Shown piece after piece: positions 42,192 through 54,490 of a stretch of 64,000 nucleotides of DNA; the stretch's first letter is position 1, and the number at the start of each line of letters is the position of its first letter. The notes under the pieces are model-generated. The model was not told where the DNA came from and ran no database searches. It worked only from the letters and a program-made list of their open reading frames with translations. Source of the DNA: Scenedesmus sp. PABB004 (taxonomy: Eukaryota); the NCBI GenBank assembly GCA_014905635.1, contig CM026547.1, forward strand, positions 2,852,001 through 2,916,000, written 5' to 3'. A program made the position numbers and the translations under genes.

Positions 42192-43015
42192 GGCCGGCGC
42201 TCCGGGGCGCGGCGCCGCTGCTGCGACAGCAGCAGCTGCCCGCCGCCAACGCGGTGGGGCTCCCGCAGGCGCCCGGTGCGCGCGGAGAGTCTGTCAGGCG
42301 GGCCGCTCAAGCGCGCCTGGGTGCGGTGTGGCGCGAGCCGGCGGCGGGCGGCGCGCTGCTGCGCAGCAGTGCAGCGCGGCGGCGGGGTGCCGCGTGTGCG
42401 GGCGGGGGCGGCAGCGGGCTGCGTGTGCTGGCTGAGTGAAACAGGTGCATCACGCTGCGGCGGCAGCGCCGCGTCCCGCCGCGACGGGTCTTGGCCGCCG
42501 CTCAAACGCGGTCGGTCGCGGAGGGCATGGCTACGGGGCGCGCAGCTGCCCGGCACTCAGCGCCTCCGATCGACCGCGGCGCCAGGGAGGCGAGCGCGCC
42601 GCCGCACGCGCCAGCCGCGACGCGCACACCAACACCAGCGCTCGCAGGCGCCGCGCGCGCACCGCCGCCGCCGGCCGCCCTTCTTGCGCTGGACCGCGCC
42701 GGGACGACGATCAGCGGGCTCCGTTGCTCGCGCGCCGCCCCACGCGCCCGCGGCCGTGCGGGCGACGGGGCAGCAGAGCGGCGCGAGGCGACGGCGGCGG
42801 GCCCAGGTGCGCACCGGATGCCCTGCGCGCGGCCAGGATCCGCGGGCGCTGATGGGGATCGGCGGGCGTGGGGGCTGCCGGGCTGTCGGGGCGCGGCGCC
42901 CGCAACCGCCGCGGCCCGCCGCTGCTGCCGCACGCGCAGGCCCGCGCGGCGGCGCGTGAGCGCGGCGCTGCCCGGAGCGGCGCCAGCGGCTCCGGCGCGC
43001 CCCGACGCGCGCGCC

Positions 43016-44863
43016 ATGGCGATGGCGGCGCAGCATCAGCCGCCGCCGCCGCAGCCGCAGCAGCGGCCCGCGGCCGCGCTGCAGTACGCCACGGCGGCGG
43101 AGCTGCAGCAGGCGGCGTATGAGGCCGCGGCGGCGGCGTTCCAGACCGCCACCGGCGCGGCCGCGCTCGCGCGCGCCAGCGCCGGCGCCACGACCAGCTA
43201 CGCCGCCAGCACCGGCGGGCGCGCCGCGGACGCGCGCGCCGCGCGGCGCCCCGGCAGCTGCGAGCCCGGCTCCGAGCACGAGGCCGCGGCGGCCGCCGCC
43301 GCCGCAGCCGCCGCCGCGGCGGCGGCCAAGCGGCGGCGGCGCGAGGAGGCGGCGCAGCTCGCGGCGGCGCTCGGCACCGAGGCGCAGCTGCTGGTGCTGG
43401 GGCTGCTGTCGGCGCTGGTTGAGGACTGGGCCATGCTGCAGCAGTGCTACCTCTACGCGGCGCAGCTGCCCCCGGAGCAGGCGCGGCCCGCGCAGGAGGG
43501 CCGGCCGCGCATGGGTGTGCCGCAGACGTACCAGCTGCTGCAGAGCCTCTCCGCCGTGCTCCGGGGCCGGCGCGAGGCGGCGGCGGTGTGGCAGCTGCCG
43601 ACGCTGGCCTTCAACAGCGCGTGCTCGTGAGCGGGGCCCCAAGACGGGGGGGGGGGGGGGGGGGAGGGGGGCTGGCGCGCGCCGCGGCCATGCCCGCGCG
43701 CCGCCTGGCGGCAGGCCGAGCGCCCGCCTCGCGCCGCCGCCTGCGGCCGCCGCCCGCGGCCGCCCCTCGCAGCATGCTGGCGGCCGGCGGCATCATCACG
43801 GTGGCTGACGTCGTGCAGCGGGCCGCCGACGACGCCGTCGCCGCGCTCGCTGCGTTCAACTGCGAGGCCGCGGGCGTGAGCCGTGCCCTGCTGCAGGCGC
43901 AGGTGCGGGAGGGCGTGGGAGGGCGCGGGGCTGCCGCCACGGTCGGGGCCGTCGCTGCCGCGTGCCGGCGCCCCTCCGCGCGCGCAGCCGTCCCATGCGC
44001 CGCCGCGCCTCGCAGGTCGGCGCGCTGCCCGGGCTGCTGCGCGACACGCTGGACCAGCTGCTGGCAGAGTCGGGCCTCATGCCCGACGCGCACGCCGCGC
44101 GCGGCACGACCGCGCGGCCGCTGCCGCGGTGCGCACGCGCGCCGCCGCCGCCGCGCTCGCAGCGGCCGCCCCTGCCTCTCTCTCTCTCTCGTGCCCTCGC
44201 TCACGCGCCGCCGCCCACGCCGCGCCGCCGCGCCGCGCCAGGTGCATCCTGGACAACCGCGAGCCCTTTGCGCACAAGGAGTGGCGCAAGGAGCCGTACG
44301 AGCCGCGGCCCTACCGCGAGCTGGCTGACTACGCCATCACCACCAACGTGCCCGCAGAGGTGCGCCGGCACCAGCACCAGCGGCGGCGCGCCAGCGCCCG
44401 CGGCAGGCGCAGCGGCGGCGCCAGCGGCGGCGGCGGCGGTTGCGCATTGCGGCACGAGTGCGACGCGCGCACACGCGCCGCGTCGCCGCAGGCGGAGATG
44501 CTGCGCTGGAAGCTCACCACGCGGCGCCGCGACGGCGCGGGGGACGGCTTCCGCGTCAAGCACGCCGACCTGAGCGAGGCGGAGCTGCGTGAGAAGGAGG
44601 CGCACCTCGCGGACCAGGTCCGCGCGCCGCGCCGCGCTGCTGCGACTGCCGCCGCGGCTGCGCCGGCTGCGCGCGCCGCGCGGCCGACCCGCCGCGCCGG
44701 CCGCGCGTGCCGCGCAGGTGTTGCGGCGGCAGGCGCTCGTTCGGGGGCGGGACGTGCTGGAGGTTGACTGCTGGGGCATGGACTGCTACACGCGGCGCAA
44801 CGTGTACGATGCACTGCTCGGGGCGGGCGTGTTCCGCGCGGTCGCCCGCCAGGCGGCGCCGCC

Positions 44864-44919
<56 letters not shown>

Positions 44920-47900
44920 TGGTGCAGCAGCAGCAGCAGGTGCAGCAGCAGGTGCAGCAGCCGTCGCTGCCGTCGCTGCCGTCGCAGCAGCAGGTGCAGG
45001 TGCAGCAGCAGGAGCAGCAGCTGGCGAGCCCGCTGCAGGACCAGCGGCAGCAGCCAGACCAGCAGTCCGCCGCCCCCGGTCCGGCGGCGGCGGGCGGGGG
45101 CCAAGCCAAGGCCGAGGGCCAGCAGCAGCCGACGGAGGCAGCGGAGGCGCCGAGTATAGGCGGGCCTGCTGCGGCCGTCACGGCGGCGGCAGTGCCGCAG
45201 CAGCAGCCGCAGCCGCAGCCGCCGCCGCCGGCGCCGACGCCGACGCAGCAGCCGCAGCACGAGGGCGCGGCGCCGCCGGCGCAGGCGCAGCAGGCGCCGC
45301 CGCCCGGCGCCGCCAGCCAGGCGGAGGAGGATGCCGTCCACGAGTGAGGGGCGGCGGGGCGGTGCAGCGTTGGGCGGCGCGGCCAGAGGCCCGGCAGGCG
45401 CCGCGACGTCCGCGCCCACCGCGCCTGCCACGCGCACGGCTGACTGCCGCCGTGCCGCCGCCGCCGCCGCTGCCGCCGCCCCGCCAGGTGGATCGACGAG
45501 GTCTTCCTGCCCGCCGTCAACGCGGCGGGGCCGTGCGGGTGGGACATGGTCCACGTCACGCGCACCATACACGACCAGGCCGCCGCCGCCGGCGACCAGG
45601 CGCGCGCGCGCGCGGCGGCCGCGCCGCGCCCGCCAGGCCCCCTGGCCCCGCCACCGCGCGGCCGCCGCGGCGCCACGCTCACGCTGCGCGGCGCGGCCGC
45701 GGCCGCGCGCGCAGGTGAGCGTCGCGGCCACGGCCGCCATCCTGGGCCAGTTTGGCGCGAGCGGCTACCCCTGGTTCCGCCTGCACCCCAAGGGCCGCGG
45801 CGTCGTCGTCGTGCGCCCCGGCGGGCTGCGCGCGTTCAGCTTTGTGGAGGAGTACTTTGGGGAGCTGCACAGCGGTGCGCGGCGCACGCGCGCGCCCGCG
45901 CGGCACGCAACGCGCGGCGCGCACGCAGCACGCCGCGCACGGCGCGCGCGTGCCGACCCCGCGCCGCCCTCCCCCGCCGGCCCCTCGGCTCGCCCCCGCC
46001 GACCCCTCGCGCGCCTCGCGCGCAGGGTGGCGCTGGTTTGAGATCCAGGACGCGCTCAAGCGCCTGACCGGGAGTGAGCTGCCCGACTTTTACAACATCC
46101 TGCTCGAGCGCCCGACCGACGACCCCGACGGCTACGACCTGCTGTTTGTGGACGCCGCGTTCATGGGGTCGTTCGCCAGCCGCATGAGCCACTCCTGCAC
46201 GCCAAACTGCCAGGCGCGGCGCGGCGCGGCGCGGCGCGGCCCCGCGCGGGGCTGGAGGCGCGGGGGCAGGGGGCGGGGCCGCGGCGCGCGAGGGGGCGCG
46301 GGGGCGGCGCGAGGGGGAGGGCGCGGGGGCGGCGCCGTCGCCGCAACGCGCGCGCGGCGCGGCGCGCAGGCGGTGGTCGTGTCGTGCGGCGGCAAGCTCA
46401 CGGTCGCGCTGTACACCATCCGCGACGTGCGGCCGGGCGAGGAGCTGACGTTTGACTACAGCAGCGTCACCGAGAGCGAGGACGAGTTCAAGCAGGCCTT
46501 CTGCATGTGCTCCACGCGCCACTGCCGCGGCTCGTACCTCCACTACACCGGCGGCAAGGCCTACATGCAGGTGCGCACGCGCCGCGCCGGCGCGCGCACG
46601 CGCGCCGCGCCCGGCGCACGCACGCGCCGCCCGCCGGCGCGCGGGGAGATGCTCGCCGCGCCGCCCTGGCGCCGCGATCGCGCCGCCGCGGTCGCCCGCG
46701 CGCGCGCCCACCCTGCTCGCGCGCCCGCGGCGCAGGTGCTGGAGGCGCTGCACACCTTTCTCGACCGCCAGGTGCTGCTGCTGCGCTGCTGCACCGAGCC
46801 GGTGACCGAGGCCGACCGCGCGCGCCTCGGCGCGGCGGGGCTGCGCGGCAGCGCGCTCGGGCGTGCCGACGTGCCCGCCAACGCGGCGGTGCCGGACTGG
46901 CTCGCCAAGTGGGCGGCGCTGACGCTGGAGTTTGTGCAGCTGGAGCGCCAGCTGCTGCCAGAGGTGCGTGGGGGTCCGGGGCACGGGCGGCGTGCCGCGC
47001 CGACCTGCCGCCGTGCGCCGACCCCGCCGCCGCGCCGCCGCGCCGCCGCGCGCCGCCGCAGGAGCTGCAGGCGCTGCCGCCGCCGCTGACGCAGTCGGCC
47101 GCGGACAGCGTCGCCGCGGCGGTGGGCGTGGAGCTGAACCGGCTGCAGAACATCGTCATCTCCCTGGACAAGGCCAAGCACTGCCTGCGCCAGCCCGGCC
47201 AGGGCCGGGGGCCGCCGCTCGTGATGCTCAGCGACGACCAGGCCGCGGAGCACCTCTGGAACGGGCCGCGCAGCGTGGCCAAGCGCGCCGTGCGCGCCGC
47301 CGCGGCCGCGGTGCTCGGCGACGAGGTGCGCACGCGCGGCGCCCTGGCAGCCCGCCCGCCCGCACGCGCCGCGCCCTCTCCCGCGCGCGCCGCGCTGCAG
47401 CTCACCGCCCCCTCCCCTCCCTGCCCGCTGCCCCGCCCGCCAGGGCGCGCTCGGCGTGCTGACCGCGTCCTCGCCGGCCGAGTTTGAGGCCGCCGCCGCG
47501 GCGCTCGCGGCGTCATGCCCGCTGCTGGCGTCCCTCATTGACCAGGCGGCGCAGCCGGCGCGCGGGCGGCGGCCGCGCGGCGCGCGCTGGCGCGGCTCGT
47601 CGCGACGCTGCGCGAGGTGGACGTCGTGGCGGGCGGCGGCCACACGCGCGCGGCGGACGTGCTGCAGCTGTATGCGCACACGCAGGTGCAGCGCGGCGCG
47701 GCGCGGCGCGGCGCGGCGCGGGGCGCGGCGCCGCAGGTTGGGCGCCGCTCGCGCGACCCCTGCCCCGCTGCCCCCGCGCGGCGCCAGGTGTGGTTTGCCG
47801 CGGGCGGCGGCTACGTGAGCTTCAGCTCGCCGCCGCTGCAGCTGCACGACGAGCTGCTCTCAATGCACGGTGGCCTCGACGCCTCCGCCGCCCGCGGCGC

Positions 47901-49007
47901 CGCGGCCGGGGCGCGCCGGCCCGGCGCCGGCGCCGGCGCCGCGGCGGCCGACGGCGGCGCCGCCGCGGCGGCGCGCGCCGGCGCCGGCGCCGGCGACGGC
48001 GACGGCGACAGCGACGGCGAGGTCGAGGGGTGGGCCGACTGCGGCGACGACGCGGCCGGCGGCGCCGGGCGCGGCCGCGCCCGCGGCGGCGCGCGCGGCG
48101 GCAGCGCGCGCGGCATCAGCCGCAAGATCCTGGAGAAGCGGTGAGCCGGCGAGATAGGGTTTTGAGGGGGACGGAAGGGGGGGGGCTCGCCGCACGCTGT
48201 CGTCCGTGGGATGGCAGGCGGGCGGGCAGCACGGCTGCGCGCCTGCCGCGCCTGACAGCGCCCCCGCCGCCGCCGCCGCCGCCACCGCCCTGCCCCGCCC
48301 TGCCCCAGGTACGGTCCGCTGTACGTGTGGGCGCAGCTGAGCAGCTGGTACAAGCAGACGGTGTGCGACCCCGCCGCCAGCCTCTCCGCAGAGCGCCGCG
48401 GCACGCTGACCCTGCCGGACGTGGAGGCGTGCTACACCACGCGCGAGCGCTACGACGCGCAGGTGCGCGCCGCCGCGCGCCGCCGCCGCGCCGCCGCCGC
48501 GCCGTCGCCGCGCCGCCGCCGCGCCGCCGCCGCGCCGCCGCCGGCGGGAGACGCCGTGCCGCCCGCGGCGCGCGGGGCGGGGCCGACGCGCCGCGCGCCG
48601 CTGCGCCGCAGGACCGATCGCGGCTGATCGCGCGCCTTGTGGCGCAGCCGGAGCGGCCGTGGGGCGGCAGCGCGTGGTCGTTCAAGAACGAGGCACGCGT
48701 CTACGGCAGCCCCATGTTTGACGCACTCTGGGGCGAGGCCGTGGACGGCGTGCCGCGCGACGAGCCGCTGACGGACCTGGCCGACGCGCTGCGCGCCGCG
48801 GCGACGCCCTGGGGCGCGCGCACGGGCGAGCTCAGCGCGCCGCCGCGCGCCGCGAGCGCCGGCGCCGGCGCCGGCGGGCGCGGCGGCGGACCGGGGCGCG
48901 GCGGAGGGCCGGGCGCGGCGGCGGCGCCGCGAGCAGCGCCGCGAGCGGCGCGCTCAGCACCGCGGCCGGCGGCGAGTGGTGACGGCTGTGCAGAGAGGGC
49001 GCGGTGA
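43016..49007 (+). CDS. ATXR3: ATXR3/SDG2-like SET-domain histone H3K4 methyltransferase
   Basis: HPKGRGVV, FVEEYFGE, WRWFEIQD, PDFYNILLERPTDDPDGYDLLFVDA, ASRMSHSCTPNC, GEELTFDYSSVTESEDE, CMCSTRHCRGSYL, RRGTLTLPDV, VYGSPMFDA. The 5' exon structure is less certain. Confidence 0.88.
44865..44918 (+). repeat. (CAG)18 coding microsatellite, polyQ
   Basis: Counted directly. Confidence 0.93.
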
Positions 49008-49242
49008 GGGGGGGGCTGCGATCGGTCCGGGCGACGGCTGCCGCGCGCAGCTGGCGCGGGGCGGCGGCGCCTCGCGGGAACTCTCTCTCTAACAGAGTCA
49101 CCAAGCGAGCGCCACGTCTGGCGCCCCCGTCGTCGCCGCCTCGCGGCGGCCTCGAGGAGTCACATGGCGGTCAGCAGGCTGGCCCAAACCAGGCCGCAAT
49201 CCCCCCGCGTAAGAACAAATGGCAATCCACCGCCAGCAGCGC

Positions 49243-51754
49243 TCACGTGGCCGCCGCCAGCCCGACACCGCCGTGCGCGAGCCGCCGCGCTGCGCGGTAC
49301 GGCGCGCCGTCGGTGAGGCGCAGCGCCTCCAGCGCGCCGCACGCGGCGCCCAGCTGCGCGTCGCTCGCGAGCAGCAGCTTGCCGTGCAGCGCGCGCGCGG
49401 CGTCGCCCGCCAGCGCGGCGTGGGTGTAGGCGGCGGGCCCGCCCGCCGCGGCGGACAGGGCCTGGAGCACGTCGACAAGCGTCTGCACGCCGCACTGCCC
49501 CAGGCGGCCGCGCAGCTCCTCCGCGTACGCCTCCGCGAGCGCCGGCTCGTGCAGCGGCGGCGCCGCGTGGACGCGCAGCAGCGCCAGCAGCGCGGGCGGC
49601 GGCCAGTGGCCCAGCTGCTCCAGCGCGAGGTCGGCGAGGCCGCGCAGCACGCGCGGGCCGACGCCGGCGGGGTGCGCAGGCGGTCGCGGGCGCGCTGCCG
49701 CGCCGCCCGCCCCGCCGCCCGCATCGCCGCCCGCATCGCCGCCGCCGCTGCGCTGCAGCTCCACCGCCGCCTCCAGCAGGCGGGGCAGCAGCGGCAGTGG
49801 CAGGGCCTGCGGGTGCGACAGCACCGCCGACGCCAGCCGCGGCAGCAGGCGGTGCAGCTGCCGGTCGAGCAGCTGCGCCGCGCGGTGCGCGTCGCCGCCG
49901 CAGCCCTGCTGCCGCGCGACCGCGCCGCACAGCCAGCTCGCGGCCGCCGCCAGCTGCACCAGCTCCGGGAGGTCCAGCGCGGCCTGCTCCGCCGCCGCGT
50001 CGGCCGCCAGCGCCAGCAGGTCACGCAGCACCGCCGCGTCGGCGGCGCCGCCGCTCGCGGCCGCGGCGCCGAGCAGCAGCAGCCGCTCGCGCGCCGCCAG
50101 CCCGCCCGCCGCCAGCCCCGGCAGCAACGCCGCCCAGAGCGCCGGCGCGGGGTGCCGGAAGCGCGCGCACACGCAGAGCAGCTGCATCGCCTGCGCCCGC
50201 AAGAACGGCGCCGCGCCCGCCGGCTCTGCGCCCGCCGCGGCGGCTGCGGCCGCGGCGGCCAGGCGCGCGTAGAGGCGGGGGTCGTAGTAGCCCAGCCCTG
50301 CGAGGCCCGCCACGATGGCGTGCAGCGTGGCCGGGCGCGTGGCGCCGAGCTGGCCCGCCAGGTGGCGCGACATCTCGCGCAGCAGCGGGCTGAGCTGGCG
50401 CACGTCCAGCGGCTCGGCCGCGCCGCGCCGCGGCGGCGCGCTGCCGGCGTCGCCGCCGGCGGGCGGCCGGGCGAGCTCCGCCAGCGCGCGCAGCAGCGTG
50501 GCGACGCCGACGGGCTGCAGCTCCGGCAGGCGCTCCATGGCCGCCTGCAGCGCGCCGCCCAGCAGCCAGTCGCGGTGCTGCTGCAGCAGGCCCAGCTCGC
50601 TGAGCCCCCACACGACGTTGGCGAGCTCCCGCCCGCCCAGCGCGCCGGCGGCCGCGTGCTGCTTGGCCGCCTGCAGCAGCTGCGCCACCGCGCGCGGGTC
50701 GGCCGCGTGCCGCAGCCGCCCCGCCGCCCACAGCAGCAGCGCCACGCCCTGGGGGCGCAGCGCCCGCCGCACCACGACGCCGCGCCAGAGCAGGCGCGCC
50801 AGCAGCGCCTGGTCGTGGTGGCCCAGCGCCGCGCAGGCCCAGACCACCACGACGACCTGCTGCGAGCGCAGCGCCGCGCAGTAGTTGGAGCCAGCGCGCG
50901 CGACCAGCGCGGCAAAGAGCGCCGGCGCGGGGCGGCGCAGGCGGGCAAAGCCCCACAGGCTGCAGGCGATGGACGCCCCGTCGGGGCGGCGGCCGGTCAG
51001 CGCGGCGCAGGCCGCCGCCTCGAGCTGCGCCAGCGCGGCCTCGCGCGGCGCCGGCAGCAGCGTCGCCGCGTCCATCACCCGCGCCAGCCGCCCCAGCGCC
51101 CACAGCGTGTTGCCGACGTCGGTCGCGCTGCCGGCCGCCAGGCGCGTCGCCGGCGGCGCCGGCGGCGGCCGCCCCTGCTGCTGCCCCTGCTGCTGCTCCT
51201 GCTGCTGCTGCGTATGCTGCTGCCCCAGCGGCTGCTGCCGGCGCGTGTCGCCGGGGGGCTCCGGCGGCGCCAGCAGCTCGGCCAGGAGCGCCGCCGTCGC
51301 CCGCTGCAGCGCCGCGCTGCCCGGCACCGCCTGGGCGAAGACGCCGACCGACCACAGGCAGCTGCTGAGCTGCCGCGGCGCCGCGGCGCGCAGGTGGCGG
51401 CCCGCCACGGCGCTGAGCAGCGCCTCCAGCAGGCCCACCGCCGCGCGCCAGCGCTGCCGCGCCCGCTCCTGCTGCTGCTCGGCGCCGCCGCCGCCGCGCG
51501 CGCCGCGCTGGCTGTGCCGCCAGGCGTGGGCGAGGCGGTTGAGCATGCTGGCGCAGTGCAGCAGGTCCATGCGCTGCGCGGCGGACGCGTGCAGCGCGGC
51601 CAGCGCCTCCACGCTGCGCGCCGCGCGGATGTCCCGCATCAGCGCCGCCGCCTCGCCGCCCGCGCGCTCAGCGACAAAAACAGCGGCGCCGTGCTGCGGC
51701 GGCCGCGGCCCCGCCGCCGCCGGCGGCCGCTGCGGGCCTGGCTGCTGCGGGCCT

Positions 51755-51811
<57 letters not shown>

Positions 51812-52202
51812 GCGCTGGGCCGCGGGCGCAGCGTGGGCGCCGCAATGAGCAGGCCGCCCCAGTCGCCGCCGCCGGCGAAGCGCGGCAGGCCGGGCGCGAG
51901 CGCCGGCGGGTCGACCGCGGCCGCGCGCGCGCCGGCCTGGCGCTGCCAGCGCGCCGCCAGCCATGCGCGCGGCGTCAGGCCGGCGGCGGCGCGCGCCGGC
52001 GGCGCCTGCGGCAGCGGCGGCGGCAGCGGCGCACGGCCGGCGGCGCACACGGTCGGCGGCAGCGCAGAGGCCGCGGGCGCGGCGCGTCGCGCGCTGGTCG
52101 GACAGCCCAGGGCGCGCACTGGCGCGGGAGACAGCCGCGCCAGGCGGCCACCGGGCGCCGCACCTTGCTGGCCGCACGCCCGGCGGCGGTCGCGCCGGCC
52201 AT
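49243..52202 (-). CDS. Octatricopeptide-repeat (OPR)-like organellar RNA-binding protein
   Basis: Recurrent degenerate helical repeats: APRQLSSCLWSVG, SATDVGNTLWALGRL, IACSLWGFARLR, VVWACAALGH, RPQGVALLLWAAGRLR, GRELANVVWGLSELG. Mostly one long exon; first exon uncertain. Confidence 0.78.
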
Positions 52203-52591
52203 GTGACGCCACACGCGCTACCGTCCGAGGTGCCGCTACCCCCTGAGCATTGCCCCAGCGGCGCGCGCTGCCTCTGCTGCCCGCGCTGCTGCGCGGGGCC
52301 GCGCTGGGGCGTCTGTTGCTCGCGCGGCGGCCCGAACAGCGTCGTTCTGGATGCCAGTGTGGCGTTGGTCGCGGCGTGGGCGGCGACGGGCAGCGAGCGC
52401 GCGGCAGCAGTCACAAAACAATGACAAGCGCGTAGGTGCTTAGCCTGGCGGCGGCGCGGCCGGCGCACAGGCACGGCCACCTGCTCCGGCACGCGCACCA
52501 CCATCGCCGCCGCCGCCGTCGCAGCCGCCGACCGCCGCCCCGTCGCCGCTGCTGCCGCCGCTGCCGCACGCCGCACGGCGCCGCCGCCGCC

Positions 52592-54194
52592 ATGGCCAGC
52601 GCGGCGGCGTGCAGCATCGAGCTGCCGGAGCAGCCCATGGTGGGCGCCAGGGGCTGGTGGCGCGGGGCGGCGCCGGCCGCCGCTCGCGCGCCAGCCGCCG
52701 CCCACGCGCGCCCGCGCGCGGCGCAGGACTGCGCCATCTCGCCCGCCGCGCCGCTGCTGGCGTCGGGCCTGGTCAACGGGGGCGTGGTGCTGCACCGCTA
52801 CGAGCCGGCCGACGGCGCCGCGCCCGCGCCCGACAGCGACGACGAGGACAACACGGGCGGGCACGAGGCCGCCACCGGCGGCGCGGGCGGGGGCGGCGCC
52901 CAGCAGCAGCCGCGCCCGGCGTACGTCGCGCGCGAGGTGCTGTCGCGGCCGAGCAAGAAGGGCGCGTCGTGCCGCGCGCTCGCGTGGGCGGCCGGCGGCG
53001 GCGGCCTCGCGGCGGGCTTTGCCACGGGCACGCTGCTCTCGCTCGACCCGGCCAGCGGCCGGCCGGCCGCGCGGCTCACGCGCGCGCACGGCGCGGGCGT
53101 GACGCGGCTGCTGGGCCTGCCGGAGCAGCCGGCGCTGCTCGCGGCGGGCGACGACGACGGCGCCCTGTGCGTGTGGGACCTCCGCGCGCCGGCCGCGCCG
53201 GCGCGGCGCTACGACGCGCACAGCGACTTTGTGTCGGGCCTGGCCTGCGCGCCGCGCGCGCACGCGCTGCTCGCGGTCAGCGGCGACGGCACGCTCAGCG
53301 CCCACGACCTGCGCGGGGGCAAGACGCTGGGGCACAGCGAAACGGACGCCGACGACGAGCTGCTCTCGGGTGCGCGGCGGCGGGGCGGCGCCGCGGCGCG
53401 CTCGCAGGCGGCTGGGCAGGCGGCAGCGGCGGGCAGGGGGCGGCGGCGGGCGCGCGCGCGCGCGCGGCCGCAGCCCACGGCCGCCGCCCCGCCCCGCCCC
53501 GCCGCCCACGGCCGCCGCCCCGCCCCGCCCCGCCGCGCCGCGCGCGCGTGCGGCGCCAGTCGCGGTGGTCAAGGGCGGCAAGAAGGTCGTGTGCGGCGGG
53601 CAGAGCGGCGTGCTGGCGCTGTGGAGCTGGGGCTACTGGGCGGACTGCAGCGACCGCTTCCCGGGGCACCCCGAGAGCGTCGACGCGCTCGCGGCGTTTG
53701 ACGACGACACGCTCATCACCGGCAGCAGCGACGGCGCGCTGCGCATCGTGAGCGTGCTGCCCAACCGCCTCGTCGGCGTGCTCGGCACGCACCCGGGCGG
53801 GCTGCCCGTGGAGCGGCTCGCGCTGTCCGACGACCGCGCCGTGCTCGCGAGCACGGGGCACGACGCGGTGGTGAAGCTGTGGGACCTCGCTGTGCTGCGC
53901 GACGACGACGGCGAGGAGGAGGAGGAGGAGGAGCAGGGCGAGCAGGAGCCGGCGGCAGCGGAGGAGCAGCAACAGCAGCAGGCGCCCGCAGCGGCCGGCG
54001 CCGCCGCTGCAGCGGGTGCCAAGCGGCGAAAGCAGGGCGGCGGCGGCGGCGGCAGCAGCAGCGGCGACGACGACAGCGACAGCGACGGCGACGCGCCACG
54101 CGGCGGCAGGAAGAAGCGGCAGCCGCGCGAGAAGACGGCGATGCGGCGTGGCAAGGCCGGCGGCGGCGCCAACTTCTTTGCCGACATGCTCTGA
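52592..54194 (+). CDS. WDR55: WD40-repeat protein 55 (Jip5-like)
   Basis: AAGDDDGALCVWDLR, AHSDFVSG, AVSGDGTLSAHDLR, DDELLS|VAVVKGGKKVVCG, DCSDRFPGHPESVD, acidic/basic tail ending NFFADML. Confidence 0.9.
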
Positions 54195-54367
54195 CCGCTC
54201 GCCGCGGGCTGTCTGTGTGCGCGGGTCGCGCCGCGCTGCGACGAGCTCCCACGTTGCAACCGCAGCGCATTGCAACCGCAGCCCGCCGCTAGCGGCCCGT
54301 TGCAGCGCCGCGCCAAAACAATCGTCAATCAGGCAGGGCCGGCCCCGCCCGTCACTGCACGGGCTCA

Positions 54368-54455
54368 TCACTGCACGGGGCAGTTCTTGAGCTCCGGCGG
54401 CAGGTCGCCGAGCGCGCCGATGTCGAGCGCGTCAAAGTCGAGGTCGCCCAGACCC

Positions 54456-54490
<35 letters not shown>

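Noticed and set aside
48151..48172. TAGGGTTTTGAGGGG resembling a telomeric repeat
   Set aside because: A single degenerate unit inside an intron; not an array.
49219..52206. 995-aa plus-strand ORF antisense to the OPR gene, and many other long Arg/Ala/Pro/Gly-rich ORFs (e.g. 2704..5277, 36770..39199)
   Set aside because: Stop codons are rare at this GC content. The translations lack domain-like sequence and shadow real genes on the other strand or frame.
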